Shown: positions 14,340 through 32,510 of the stretch, piece by piece
How the letters are laid out: each line of letters starts with the position of its first letter
How positions within the stretch are numbered: the first letter of the stretch is position 1
The notes under the pieces: model-generated
What the model was told of the DNA's origin: nothing
What the model saw: only the letters and a program-made list of their open reading frames with translations
Database searches by the model: none
From: the human T2T-CHM13v2.0 reference genome, Homo sapiens
Reading direction: 5' to 3' (one strand)
Assembly: GCF_009914755.1 (NCBI RefSeq)
Contig: NC_060939.1
Length of the DNA: 64,000 nucleotides
Position numbers and translations under genes: made by a program

Positions 14340-14675
14340 AATTTTTAAAATTCTTTAAAAATTATTTTTATTTATTTATCTATTTATTTTTTGAAACAGG
14401 GTCTCACTCTGTTGCCCAGGCTGGAGTTCAGCAGTGCAATCCCGGCTCACTGCAGCCTTGACTCCGTGAGCTCAGGTGATTCTCCCCCTTCAGCCTCCCG
14501 AGTAGCTGGGACTACAGGCACACGCCACCACACCTGGATAATTTTTTGTATTTTTATTAGAGATGGGGTTTTGCCATGTTGGCCAGGCTGGTCTCAAACT
14601 CTTGAGCTCGAGTGATCTGCTCGCCTCAACCTCCCAAAGTGCTGGAATTAAAGTCGTGAGCCACCATGCCTAGCC
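14340..14675 (-). mobile_element. AluJ (donor of the 26356 copy)
   Basis: TSD gtcaagatttt on both sides (~14326 and ~14679). Confidence 0.9.
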
Positions 14676-16456
14676 TAGGTCAAGATTTTAAAAGTTTCAT
14701 AAATAGTCCTGTAGAACACTGGGTGGAGTTTGGAATGGTGAAAATGTGTCAGGAGAGTATTGTAACTGAAATATTCCTGATCTTCTCTTTCAAAAAGATG
14801 GCCTTCTTCCCATTATCCAAGGCAAGGATTTCAGGCCTGAGTCAGCCATAAGCTCATCTGTCTTTTTTTCTGTACTTACCTCCTCATAAATGGATTAAGA
14901 GAGCCTCGAGCAATGGTGAGGGTTGGAGAAGGTGGACAGGTGGCCCAGTCTTATGCGCTTTCCCTCTCTTCCTTCCTTCTCCTCATCCTCCAAGGATGGT
15001 TGTAGCCAACTCCAGCCAAAGTGCAGATGCCAGAGAATCCTGCAGCAGTTGCTGAGAACACAGGATACCTGTCACATTTACTGAAGCAGTGGCAGGACAA
15101 TGCATCCCCTGCATTGAGCTAGTTGTCAGAAGCAGAAAATAAAAAGTGTGTGTGTGTCTCTGTGTGTGTGTGTGTGTATGTGTGGTGAAAAAGAGAAATA
15201 TATCTAAAAATAATCTTAAAAGACATGATATGTAATTTCTTACCAAAACTCAAGCCAAAGCAATCACACATACACCCACACACATGCACGCACACACCCC
15301 CATCCACACACACACACACAGAAGTAAATGACAGCAGTTGGACCATCAAAATCTGAAAAATTCTTTCAGGCCAAAGACTCCATAATGCTCTATAGCTGTT
15401 ATTTTGCATTTCTTTGAATCTCCTCTCAGTTCTATTTAGAGATCACGAAATGTCTAATTTAATGGCCCTGCCCTTAGTTCTCCAGGAAGGAGATCTTAGT
15501 TGTTCATCCACGAACAACTTTTTGAGCCACTTTCCTACTTCTATTTCTTCCAGTAGGCAGATCATATTTTGGGTTTCTTTGTTTTAAGTTTGTGGTTTTT
15601 GTTTTTCCCTCTTTTTCTTTTTAGGTTGTAGTTAAGTGGTGTATACAAATTTATTAGCAATTTATTATATTGCCACTTTGTATTTTAATCTTTAATATTA
15701 AATTTTGTGTTTGGTAAAAATGCTGTAATTAGTAAAATGTAGAGTAATCAGTTTTTACCCATTCTCTGCTCTTCAATAACAGCTTGTTGAGTATTCTCTC
15801 TGATTTATTCTAGCATCAGACACACACACGCGCACACACTGTGCTGCAGCATGTTTTGTTTTCCAATTCTATGTAGCACAAAAAGACTTAACCTCATTCT
15901 TCTCCATATCTCAACAGTATTCCATGTATCTTGATGATCACTTACAATATAAGGCAAGTAAGCATAGGCAATTCATCAGATTTGAACCAGAGATGGGGTT
16001 ACTAAGTGAACTATTAGTTCCCCAGAAGAATTAGCCCAAGCAAAGGTGTTGTACAGTATGTAAAATGTCTTTTCCTACTTTATACATTTTATCTGGCCAG
16101 AGAACACCTTTAAACATTAAATGCAATCATCCTTAGTCATTCAACAAATATTTACTGAGCAATTGATAGAGGCCATTCGCCAAGCTAGGCCTCATGGATC
16201 AACTCGAAATATGACAGACAGACTCTGCCCTCAGGGAGCTTAGAGTTCAGTAGACATGACCAGTGGTGACACAAGCCACTGGAGTAGCATCAGATGAGTG
16301 CTTTGGTAGTGGAAGAACCTGTTCTCAGAGCACAGACAGCTTTGGGGGTCTGTATTGGTTTGTGGTTTCATTTTAAAGAAGTGTTATCCAAAAATAGGGT
16401 TTGAAGAGTGATGAAAATTTAGCATCATCAAGGACTATAGAAAATTTGGAAGGCAT

Positions 16457-18774
<2,318 letters not shown>

Positions 18775-18974
18775 AGAAAATTTGGAAGGCATTGGAAGCA
18801 GCCTGCACCAAGTCCTGGAAGCTAGAGAGCGCATGGGACATTCAGGGGACTGAAAAGGTTTAGTGCTGTAATAGAATGGAGTTCAAGATAGGGCAGAGCA
18901 AGAGCCTGGAGGGGTTGGGGGAGCAGACCATGATGATAAAAAAATTGACAGGCCACAAAACAAGACAAATTTTA

Positions 18975-19444
<470 letters not shown>

Positions 19445-19449
19445 TCAAT

Positions 19450-20935
19450 GAAGAGGAAAAATACAGGCTCAAATATTGCTTTGAAAAATTCTTTACATAG
19501 CCACCAGTAATATCAAATAAAATGAATGAAACCTATGATTCATTAAGAAGGAAAAGAAAGTGTGAATAAGTTGACTGGAAAACAAGAAAAGGAATAATTA
19601 AGGAGCCATAATAAGAAAAACAAAACATGTGAGAAGAAAGATGAATCAATTAAGCTCTGTAGTAAGATTACACATTAAAATAAAAGAGACTCTCAGATTC
19701 AGTTTAAAAAAGGGAAACAAAAAAAGCCTAAAGAAACAAACTCTCTCTCCCCAGTCCAATTATATCCCACTTTCAAGAGACACATTTAAAACTTAATCAC
19801 ATAAAGTTACAAATAAAGGGATAGGAAAATACTGTGCAAATGCAAATTAAAAGAAAGTGAGGTGTCAGTGTTAATTTTGTCAGACAAAATAAAAATTGAG
19901 GCAACTATTAAATAGATCAAGAATTACTTTTTTACAAAATGATAAAAAGAGCACTCAATGAAGGCATGAAAATCAGAAAACTTTGGGTAAACATAAAGCG
20001 TCGAAATATGTAAAACAAAAAAATTAGAGATATACTCCAAATATGGTGTTAGATTTCAATGTACACCACTGTTAAGATTTTTTCAGATTAATTAGACAAA
20101 ATGTACATAAAGAGCTTGAATTCTATGACTTACAAAATTGAATATGTGCTTACATATATATGCAGTCATGTGTTGCATGGCAATGAAGATAAGTTCTGAG
20201 AAATTTCATCGTCGTACAAACGTTACATAGGGTACTTAAACAGACCTGGATGGTATAGCCTACTACACCCCAAGGCTATATGGTATTGCCTACTGCTTCT
20301 AGTCTACAAGCCTGTACAGCATGTTATTGTAGGCATTTGTAACACAGTGGTAAGTATTTGTGTATCTGAACATTTGTAACAAAAGGTACAGTAAAAATAT
20401 GGTATTTTAATCTTATGGGACCACTATCATATAAGCAGTTCTTTGTTGACCATAATGACTGCATTTTAATATCACATTTGAATATATACATATTTGAAAC
20501 CCAAAACACAGAATAATCATTCTTTTCAAATGTGCACAGAACACATAAAACACTTAGTCACATCACATACTGGCTAACAGAGTAAACCTCAATGAATTCC
20601 AACAAATAAAAATAAGACACATCCTGTGGCACGATGCAATTAAACTGGAATTTTCTAATAAAAAATTGTAAGAACAGCAACACTAAATCTGGGAAATTTA
20701 ACTACATGAAATTAACAATAACACCAAAAATCTCCTGAAGAACTGAGTTTAAATTGGGAATCAAAACTGCAATTACAGACCATTCCTAAAATAACATTTA
20801 GAATATTGTATTTCACAATTCCTGGGTTGGGGCCAAAAGGATGTTCAGAAGAGAATTTCGGGCTTTAAATAATGATGATGATGATGATGATGATGATGAC
20901 GATGACATGGTGGCAATAAAACCACCCAACAAACC
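19450..20935 (+). mobile_element. Ancient L1M fragment (inter-ORF/endonuclease region); continues at 30960-32510
   Basis: A-rich degenerate L1 ORF2-like sequence (tcagacaaaataaaa, cattcttttcaaatgtgcacagaaca). Confidence 0.6.
20163..20461. mobile_element. Tigger3/MER7-like (TcMar) element
   Basis: Terminal inverted repeats cagtcat...atgactg; internal gatggtatagcctactacacc...ggtaagtatttgtgtatct. Confidence 0.8.
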
Positions 20936-20956
20936 ATGCTAAGAAATTTACATCCA

Positions 20957-21285
20957 GGCCAGGTGTGGTGGCTCATGCCTGTAATCCCAACACTTTGGGA
21001 GGCCGAGGCAGGTGGATCACGAGGTCAGGAGATCAAGACCATCCTGGCTAACACGGTGAAACCCCGTCTCTACTAAAAAAACCACAAAAAATTAGCCAGG
21101 CGTGGTGGTGGGCGCCTGTGGTCCCAGCTCCCCTGGGGAGGCTGAGGTAGGAGAATGGCGTGAACCTGGGAGGCAGAGCTTGCAGTGAGCTGAGATCATG
21201 CCACTGCACTCCAGGCTGGGCGACAGAGTCAGACTCTGTCTCAAAAAAAACAAAAAAAAAAAAAAACAAAAAAAAGAAAAGAAAA
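20957..21285 (+). mobile_element. AluY
   Basis: gatcacgaggtcaggagatc.agaccatcctggctaacacgg and gaatggcgtgaacc; 16-bp TSD aagaaatttacatcca. Confidence 0.93.
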
Positions 21286-21334
21286 AAGAAATTTACATCC
21301 AATATTTCAATTTATAATCACAGTGTTGCTGTGA

Positions 21335-21399
21335 GATGGCTAATCATCTGCATCTTACAGATTTTTAAAAAGTGATTCACAAAAAGGCTAAGTAGATTA
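21335..21399. mobile_element. MIR, first half (split by the L1 insertion)
   Basis: catctgcatcttacagat...aaaaggctaagtagatt resembles MIR core cccattttacagatgaggaaactgaggctcagagaggttaagtgactt. Confidence 0.6.
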
Positions 21400-22383
21400 T
21401 TTTAAATTTCAACTTTATTTTAGATACAGGGGATACATATGCAGATTTGTTACATGGGTATATTACAACTAGATAGTGAGCATAATACCCCATATGTAGT
21501 TTTTTTAACCCACGCCCCACCTCCCACCCACCCCCTCTAGTAGTCCATGGTGTCTGTTGTTCCTCTGTTTATGTTACTATGTGGCCAATCTTTAGCTCCT
21601 ACTTACAAGTGAGAACTTGAAGTATTCGGTTTTTTGTTTCTACATTAATTTGCTTAGAATTATGTGTGGTCTCTAGCTCCATCCATGTTGCTGCAAAGGA
21701 CATGATTTCATTCTATTTTATGGCTGCATAGTATTTCATGGTGATACGTACCACATTTTCTTTACTCCACCGTTAATAGGTATCTAGGTTGATTCCATGT
21801 CTTTGCTATTGTGAATAGTGCCACAATGAGCATACAAGTGCATGTGGGTTTTTTTTTTTTTTGGTATAATGATCGGTTTTTCTTTGGGTATATATGCAGT
21901 AATGGGATTGATGGGTCGAATGATAGCTCTACCTTAAGTTCTTTGAGAAATCTCTGAACTGATTTCCATAGTGGCCAAACTAGTTTACATTCCCATCAAC
22001 AGTGTATAAGCATTCCCTTTCCTCTGCAACCTCACCAGCATCTGTTGTCTGTTGACTTTTTAATAACTGTCATTCTGACTGGTGTGAGATGATATCTCAT
22101 GATTTTTATTTGAATTTCTCTAATGATTACTGATGATAAGCATTTTTTCATATATTTCTTGGCTGCTAGTATGTCTTCTTTCAAAAAGTGTCTGTTCATG
22201 TCCTTTGCCCATTTTTAATGGGGTTATTTGGTTTTTGCTTGTTGATTTGTTTAAGTTCCTTATAGTTTCTGGATATTAGACCTTTGTCAGATGCACAGGT
22301 TGTGAATATTTTCTCTCATTCTGTAGGTTGTCTTTTTACTCTGTTGATAGTTTCTTTTGCTGTGCAGAAGCTCGTTAGCTTAA

Positions 22384-23886
<1,503 letters not shown>

Positions 23887-25049
23887 TGTCACTTCTTGTT
23901 TTTGTTGCAATTGCTTTTGGGGACTTGGCCAAAAATTCTTTGCCAAAGCAGATGTTGACAAGGGTACTTCTTAAGTTTTCCTCTAGGATTTTTATAGTTT
24001 GAGATCTTATATTTACGCCTTTAATCCATTTTGAGTTGGTTTTTGTATATGGTGAAAGGTAAGGTTCTGGTTTCATTCTTCAGCATATGGCTAGCCAGTT
24101 TATCCAGAAACATTTATTAAATAAGGAGTCCTTTCCCCATTGCTGGTTTTTGCTGGCGTTGTTGAAGAGCAGATGGTTGTAGGGGTGCAGTTTTATTTCT
24201 GAGTTTTGTATTTCGTTTCATTGGTCTGTGTGTCATTTTCTATACCAGTGCCATGCTGTTTTGGTTACTGTAGCCTTATAGTATAGTGTGAAATTGGGTC
24301 ATGTGATGTTCTTCTGTTCTTTTTGCTTAAAATTGCCTTGGCTATGTGGGTTCTTTTTTGATTCCGTATGAATTTTAGAATAGTTTTTCTAATTCTGTGA
24401 AGAAGGACACTGGTAGTTTGATAGGAATAGCATTCAATCTTTAAATTGCTTTGAGCAGTATGGCCATTTAAACAATATTGATTCTTCCAGTCCATGAGCA
24501 TGGAATATTTTTCCACTTATTTGTTTCATTTCTGATTTCTTTCAGCAGTATTTTGTAGTTCTCCTTGTAGAGATCTTTCACCTTCTTCGTTATTCATTTT
24601 CTTTGTGGCTATTACAAGTGGGATTGTGTTCTTGATTTGACACTCAGCCTGGACATTATTGGTGTATAGAAATGCTACTGATTTTTGTACATTGATTTTG
24701 TATCCTGAAACCTTGCTAAAGTTGTTTATCAGTTCTAGCAGACTTTTGTTGGAGTCTAGGGTTTTCTAAGTATAGATTCATATTGACAACGAAGAGAGAT
24801 AGTTTGACTTCTTCTTTTCCTATTTGTATGCTTTTCATTTTTTTCTTTTGCCTGATTGCTCTGGCTAGAACTTCCAGTACTATGTTGAATAGGAGTGGTG
24901 AGAGTGGGCATCCTTGTCTTATTCCAATCCTCAAGGGGAATGGTTCCAGCTTTTTCCCATTCAGTATGATGTTGGCTGTGGGTTTTCATAGATGGCTCTT
25001 ATTATTTTGAGTTATCTTCCTTAGATGCCTAGTGTGTTGAGAGATTTTT

Positions 25050-25692
<643 letters not shown>

Positions 25693-26355
25693 ATGTTTAG
25701 GTGTTTATTATTATTATTGTTATTAAGGAATGTTGAATTTTATCAGAAGTTTTTTTCTGTGTCCATTGAGATGATCATATGGTTTTTGCTTTTAATTCTG
25801 TTTATATGGTAAATCACATTTATTGATTTATGTATATTGAACCAATCTTGCATCCTAGGAATAAAGCCTACTTGATCGTGGTGAATTAACATTTTGATAT
25901 GCTGGATTCAGTTTGTTGAGGATTTTTACATCTATGTTCATTAGGAATATTGGAGTGGGGTTTTCTTACTTCATTGTGTCTCTGCCACATTTTGGTATTA
26001 GACTGATTGTGGCTTCATAGGATAAGTTAGGGAGGAGTGCCTCCTCCTCAATTTTTTGGAATAGTTTCGGTAGGATTGATACCAGTTCTTTGTACATCTG
26101 GCAGAATTTGGCTGTGAATCCATCTTGTCTAGGGCTTTTTTTTTTGGTTGACAGGTTTCTTATTACTGATTCAATTTCAGTGCTTGATATTGGTCTATTC
26201 AGAGTTTCAATATCTTCCTGATTCAATCTTTGGAGATTGTGTGTTTCCAGGAATTTATCTATTTCCTCCAGATTTTCTAATATGTTTGCATAGATTTGTT
26301 CACAGTATTCTCTGAAGAATGTTTGTTTGTCTGTGGGATCAGTTATAATACCATC

Positions 26356-26786
<431 letters not shown>

Positions 26787-29700
26787 TAAATATAGCTAGC
26801 TGTCTATCAATCTTATTTATTTTCTTGAAAAAACAATTCTTGGTTTCACTGATCTTTTGTTTGGATTTTTGCACCTCAATTTCATTCAGTTCTTCTCTAA
26901 TTCTATTTATATCTTTCCTTCTGTTAGTGTTGGGGTTAGTTTGTTCTTTTTTTGTTCTAGTTTCTTTAGGTGCAAAGGCAAATTGTTAATTTAACATCTT
27001 TTTAATTTCTCGATGAAGGTGTTTAGGGCTCTAAACTTTCCTCCTAACACTACTTTAGCTGCATCCCAGAGATTTTGGTAAGTTGTATCCCTATTTTCAT
27101 TAATTTAAAAGAATATTTTAAAATTTCTGCCTTAATTTCTGTGCTCATCCAGGAGTTATTCAGAAGCAAGTTGTTTAATTTCCATGCATTTATGTAGTTT
27201 TGAGAAAGCTTCTTGATACTGATTTCTATTTTTATTGCACTGTGGTTTGATAATGTGCTTGGTATGAGTTCAATAACTTATTTGAAGTTATTGAGACTTG
27301 CTTTAGGACTTAACATGTGGTCTATGTTAGAATATGTTTCATGTGCAGATGAGAAGAATATATATTCCGTGATTGTTGTGTGGAGTTCTATAGATGTCTA
27401 GTAGGTCCAACTGTTCAAGTGCTGAGTTTAAGTCCAGAGTGTCTTCGTTGGTTTTCTGCCTTGATGATCTGTCTAACATTGTCAGTGGGGTGCTGATGTC
27501 TCTCACTATTATTGTATGGTTGTCTAAGTCTTTTTGTAGGCCAAGAAGGACTTGTTTTATGAATCTGGGTGCTCCAATGTTGGGTGCAGTATATATTTAG
27601 GATAGTTAAATTTTCTTGTTGGATTGTATCCTTTATTATTATATAATGCCCTTCATTGTCACTTTAACTTTTATTGGTTTAAAGTCTGTTTTAAAAATAG
27701 TGACTCCTGTTCTTTTTTGTTTTCCATTTGCATAGTATATCTTTCTCTATCCCTTTATTTTAAGTCTATGGGAGCTACGTGAAATAGGTCTCTTGAAGAT
27801 AATAAATGGTTGGGTCTTGTCTTTTTATCCAGCTTGCCCCTCTGTGCCTTTTAAGTGGGAACATTTAGTCCATTTACATTTACAAGGTTAGTATTGATAT
27901 GCGTGATTTTGATCCTGTCCTCATGTTTTGATCCTGTCCTCATGTCCTCATATAGCTGATTGTTATATAGATTTGATTGTGTAGTTGCTTTATAGTGCCT
28001 GTGGGCTATGTGCTTAAGTGTGCATTTTGTTTTTTTTTTGTTTGTTTGTTTGTTTTTGTGGCAGTAGGTATTGTTCTTTTGATTCCATGTTTAGCATTCC
28101 CTTAAAAATCTCTTGTAAGGCTTGTCTAGTTAAAACAAATTCCATCAGCATTTGCTTGCCTGAGAAGGATTTTAGCTTTCTTTCACTTATGAAACCTAGT
28201 TTGCTTTACTTATAAAGCTTAGTTAGCTATATGCTTAAGTGTGTTTTCTGTGGTAGCAGGTGTCATCCTTTTAATTCCATGTTTAGCACTCCCATAAGGA
28301 CTTCTTGTAAGGCTGGTCTAGTTTAAACAAATTCATTAAGCATTTGCTAGTCTGAGAATGATTTTATTTTTCCTTCACTTATGAAGTTTAGTTTGGCAGG
28401 ATATGAAATTCTTGGTTGGAATTTCTTTGCTTTGAAAATGCTGAAAATAGGCCCCCAATCTCTTCTGACTTGTAAGGTTTCTGCTGAGAGGTCTGCTGCT
28501 GCCTAATAGGGTTCTTTCAGTTTATGATTTACCCTACTCTCTAATTGCCTTTAAGATTTTTTTTTTGTTTGCATTGACCTTGGTGAGTCTGGTGACTATG
28601 TGTCTTGGTGATGGTTGTCTTGTGTAGTATCTAGCCAGGGTTCTCTATATTTCTCATATTTGCATATCAACCTCTAGCAAAATTAGGGAAATTTTTGGGG
28701 ACTATATCCTCAAATGTATTTTCCAAGGTGCTTATTCTCTCTCCTTTTCTCTCAGGAATGCCAATGAATTGTAGATTTGATCTCTTTACATACTTTCATA
28801 ATTTTTAGAGATTTTGTTCATTTTTCTTAATTCTTTTTTCTTTCCCTTTATCTGATTGAGTGGATTCAAGGAACCAGTCTTAGAGCTCTGAGATTCTTTC
28901 CTCAGCTTGATCTATTCTGCTGTTGATATTTCTGATTGTAGTATGAAATTTTTGTAGTGAGTCTTTCAGCTCTAGAAGTTCAGTTTGGTTCTTTCTTAAA
29001 GTGGCTATTTTGTCTTTCAGCTCTTGTAACATTTTACTGGATTCCCTGGATTGATTGGGCTCCAACTTTCTCAGGAATCTCAGTGAGCTTCCTTGCTATC
29101 CAGATTCTGAATTCTATGTCTGTCATTTCAGTCATTTCAGACTGAGCAAAAAACCATTGCTAGGGAACTAGTGGACTCATTTGGAGATAAGGGGACACTG
29201 GCTTTTTAAATTGCCAGAGTTGTAACTGGTTCTTTCCCATCTGCAAGGGTTAGTGTTCCTTTAACTGTGGTGTAAGTTGATTATACTTAGTTGGCTTTGT
29301 TTCTGGATGTTTTCAGAGGATCAGAGCTCTGCACAGGATCTTTATGCTTGGGTGAATTCTTGTGTTTGGTTTCACAGATGCATATATTAGTAGGATAATT
29401 TTTGGTGTTGCAGCTTAGGCTGTGATCCAGTAGATGGTGTGGAAGAGTGATGGCCAATAGCTAGGCTGATAGCCAGTCACACTACTCTTTTGTATCTCCT
29501 CATGTTGGCAGGTGTGCTCTGCAGTCGGGGGTGGAGACAAATGGCCCCTTCACCAGGTCTGCTCATGAGCCTTGGGGAGACCCTTTTGATCACCAGTTAT
29601 GTGCCCGTGTTTCTTTTGTTAGGTGTTCCAGGATGCAGGGCCCCCTCTGGGAAAGGCTGTAACAGGAAGATGTTCTTCACCCTTTCTGGATTGACCCTGT

Positions 29701-30595
29701 GGAGGGAGGCATAGCTTGTTCCCACCCTGGCCCGGGAACCCATTTGTCTCACCCCTTGCCACACTCTGAGGGTGGGGGATCCTCCCTCACTCAAGTGCCA
29801 ACCACAGATCCTGGCTTTGTATTCCTGAGCTGCTGTACTGTGGCCCTGGGGCACCAGAACATCCCATGGCTCTGTCTGAATCCATGGTTGGATTCTGGCT
29901 GCACTGGGGATTCTATGTGCTCCAGATCACCAGGAAAGTACTCAGGTGGAGCAATGCGCTCAGGCTGGGCCAAGGAGGCTGTGCTGTGCACCTGCTCCTG
30001 CAGGGTGGCTAGGCATGGGCCCTGGGAAGGGCTAGCATGTAGGAAGGCTTGCAGAACAGATGTGCATCATTCCCAGGGAAGCCAGCCCTGCTCTCTCCTG
30101 GCTGGAAGGTCAGCTGGGGCCAGCGCCTCCCAGAGGGGAATAGAGAGTCCTGGGGGATGACCATCTGTGGCTGCTCTCTGCTGGAGCTGTCCTGTGCACA
30201 CAAACTCCTCAGCTCCATGCTGTCTGAAGGCCTGTCTTTGCCTGTTCCCTGGGGAGATCCCCCTCCAGCTCCCACGTCCTTGTGTGATGCAGGGTCCCCT
30301 GTAGCTAGAATCCCAGAGGCTGGTGGCAAGAGTGAGGCATCCTTCAGTTCCCTCACTCACTGCTTTCCCAGGAGCTGTTTGGGCCAGGAACTAGCCTAAT
30401 AGCGTTTGGGTACCCCTGCAGGGTTCCCAGCTTCTTCCCTCTTCAGCCTCAGCTTCAGCATCACTTCTACCCACCCCTGGCTTTTTCTTTTTGAAGAGCT
30501 ACCCAAATTATGGTGGCTTACTTGATAGTTTGGTCTCTCTCAGTGGGAGCAACACATCCTGGCTGCATGTAGTCGGCCATCTTGTTTCCGCCTCC

Positions 30596-30651
30596 TGCTG
30601 TCTTTGAGGAATGCTCAGCCACCATCCAGCTGGGCCACATCTGTCTGTCTT

Positions 30652-30683
<32 letters not shown>

Positions 30684-30863
30684 GAGGAAGACAGCAATGA
30701 TGAGGCTGCCTACCGAGCATTCATGAGGACCTCCTATGAGAAGAACCCAAAGCTGTTAGCATCCCTGGCTGCTGAATAGGTCTACTGTGCCTGGCACCCC
30801 AAGCAGCCCTCCTTACAGCCTTGCAGCCAAGCCTCTTCCAGCCTCCCTCCTCTCCACTGCATA
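30596..30863 (-). other. Non-L1 sequence enclosed within the L1 target-site duplication (putative 5' transduction)
   Basis: CTAAGTAGATT at 21388-21398 and 30864-30874; the two flanks rejoin into one MIR. Confidence 0.7.
30652..30680. repeat. (CAG)9 trinucleotide repeat followed by (GAG)2
   Basis: Read directly from sequence. Confidence 0.97.
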
Positions 30864-30930
30864 CTAAGTAGATTTCTTCAAGGTCAGGCATAGTAAATTG
30901 TTGGAGTGGGATTGACACCTAGGTCTACTT
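30864..30930. mobile_element. MIR, second half
   Basis: caaggtcaggcatagtaaattgttggagtgggattgacacctaggtct resembles MIR caaggtcacacagctagtaagtggcagagctgggatttgaacccaggtct. Confidence 0.6.
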
Positions 30931-30959
30931 AGGCTGTAAAGCTACAGCATGTAACCACG

Positions 30960-32510
30960 ACATGATATGCTATCATTTCTAAAATAGAATAAATTTAAGG
31001 AAACTAAATATTCAATTCTTGAAGATAGAAAAAAAATAAAACAAATAAAAGCAAGAAGGAGAAAAGTAGCTAAAGCAGAAATAAATATGTTGGAAATCAA
31101 ACCCCAAAAAGCAGATGTTTTCACTGCTTCTAAGAATGAGTCCTTGGAAAGGACTGATAGAACAGATAGCCCTCAGTGAAGACAAAGCAAGGCAAACAGA
31201 AGGGGAGGCCAACAGAAATGCAGAGCACTGGTCAGGAGAGCATATGCACAGATTTTAGAAAATATTTAAAATTATGAGTCTGTGATGGACAACTTTATAC
31301 TAACAAACCTGAAAATCTGGATGAAAGAGTACTTTTATGACAATGTAAGTGATCAAAATTAACAGAGGAAATTTTTTTAAAAATTAAAATAGACCAACCA
31401 AGGAAGTAATGGAAAAAGTTTCAAAGAACTACCTAAAGGGGATGCCAGGACCAAAAAATTTTATGGAAAAAATATTTCAAGCTTTTAGGACTAGGTGTAC
31501 TTTAAACTATTAAACTATTTCAGAAAGTAAAAGAAATGTCCAGCTTCTCTTTGCTCTTTTTATAAAACCTAAGACAACCCAAATGAGATGGCAGACCATT
31601 CCTATTTGTGAATATAGATATAAAAGTCCTAAATAAAATGTTAGCAAACTCAATCCAGTTATCTATTGAAAGAGACGCACACTGTGATCTAATGGGACTT
31701 AAAACAATAACAAAATATAAGTAGCTCAATTGTAAGAAAGGCATTAGTTTATTTCTTCATTTTGACAAATCAAAAGAGGAAAGACACCTGATAGTGCCAA
31801 ACAGCTAAAAAAGCATTTAATAAACAACCACCCGTTCTTGATGAAAATGCTTCCAAAATTATCATTAGTAACATGTATTTCCTTAATATGATAAAAAAAT
31901 TATGTCTCAATATATCGGTCAACATTCTACATACTAGAAAACACTGCAGGAATTTCCATTAATGTCTGGAAAGAGAAATGAAAATCCTGTATTGTCATCA
32001 TGATTTACTAAGGTTCTAGAAACTTTAGTCAGTAAAATTAGAAAACAAAATGAAATAAGTGACCCAAATATTTGTAAATGAAGCAAGTTTGTTAATGTTC
32101 AGAGGTTACATGATTGAAAATTCAAAATAACCTACTGAATAGTTATTAGAATTAATATGAGATCTGCAAGTTTGCAAGTTATGAAGTAAATATACAAAAG
32201 TCACTTATGTATATACAAAGACTAACCAATTAGAAAATATATTTTACAAATAATTCAATTCAAAATAGAAAAAAATGTTCCGGAAAAATGTAATTAAAAA
32301 TATTTAGAGCCCAAATAAAGAAGAGTGTAAAATGTTATTGAAAGTCTGAAAAGAAAATTTGAACGAATATAGAAACAAAACAACAATTTTCTAAAAAGTC
32401 CCTGGATGGGAAGACTTTCTCCCCTAATTCATCTATAAATGCAAAGCAATTCCAATCAAAATTTCCACCAGACATTTTAGAACCTGATAAAATTATTTCA
32501 CAACTACTAG
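30960..32510 (+). mobile_element. Ancient L1M ORF2 remnant
   Basis: aaagcagaaataaat, aaactttatactaacaaacctgaaaatctggatgaa, ctaaataaaatgttagcaaact motifs in L1 order. Confidence 0.7.

Noticed and set aside
29300-30595. L1 antisense promoter driving IL16 exon 2
   Set aside because: Antisense promoter activity is established for young L1PA 5'UTRs; this one is an older type and CpG-depleted, with no supporting evidence in the sequence.
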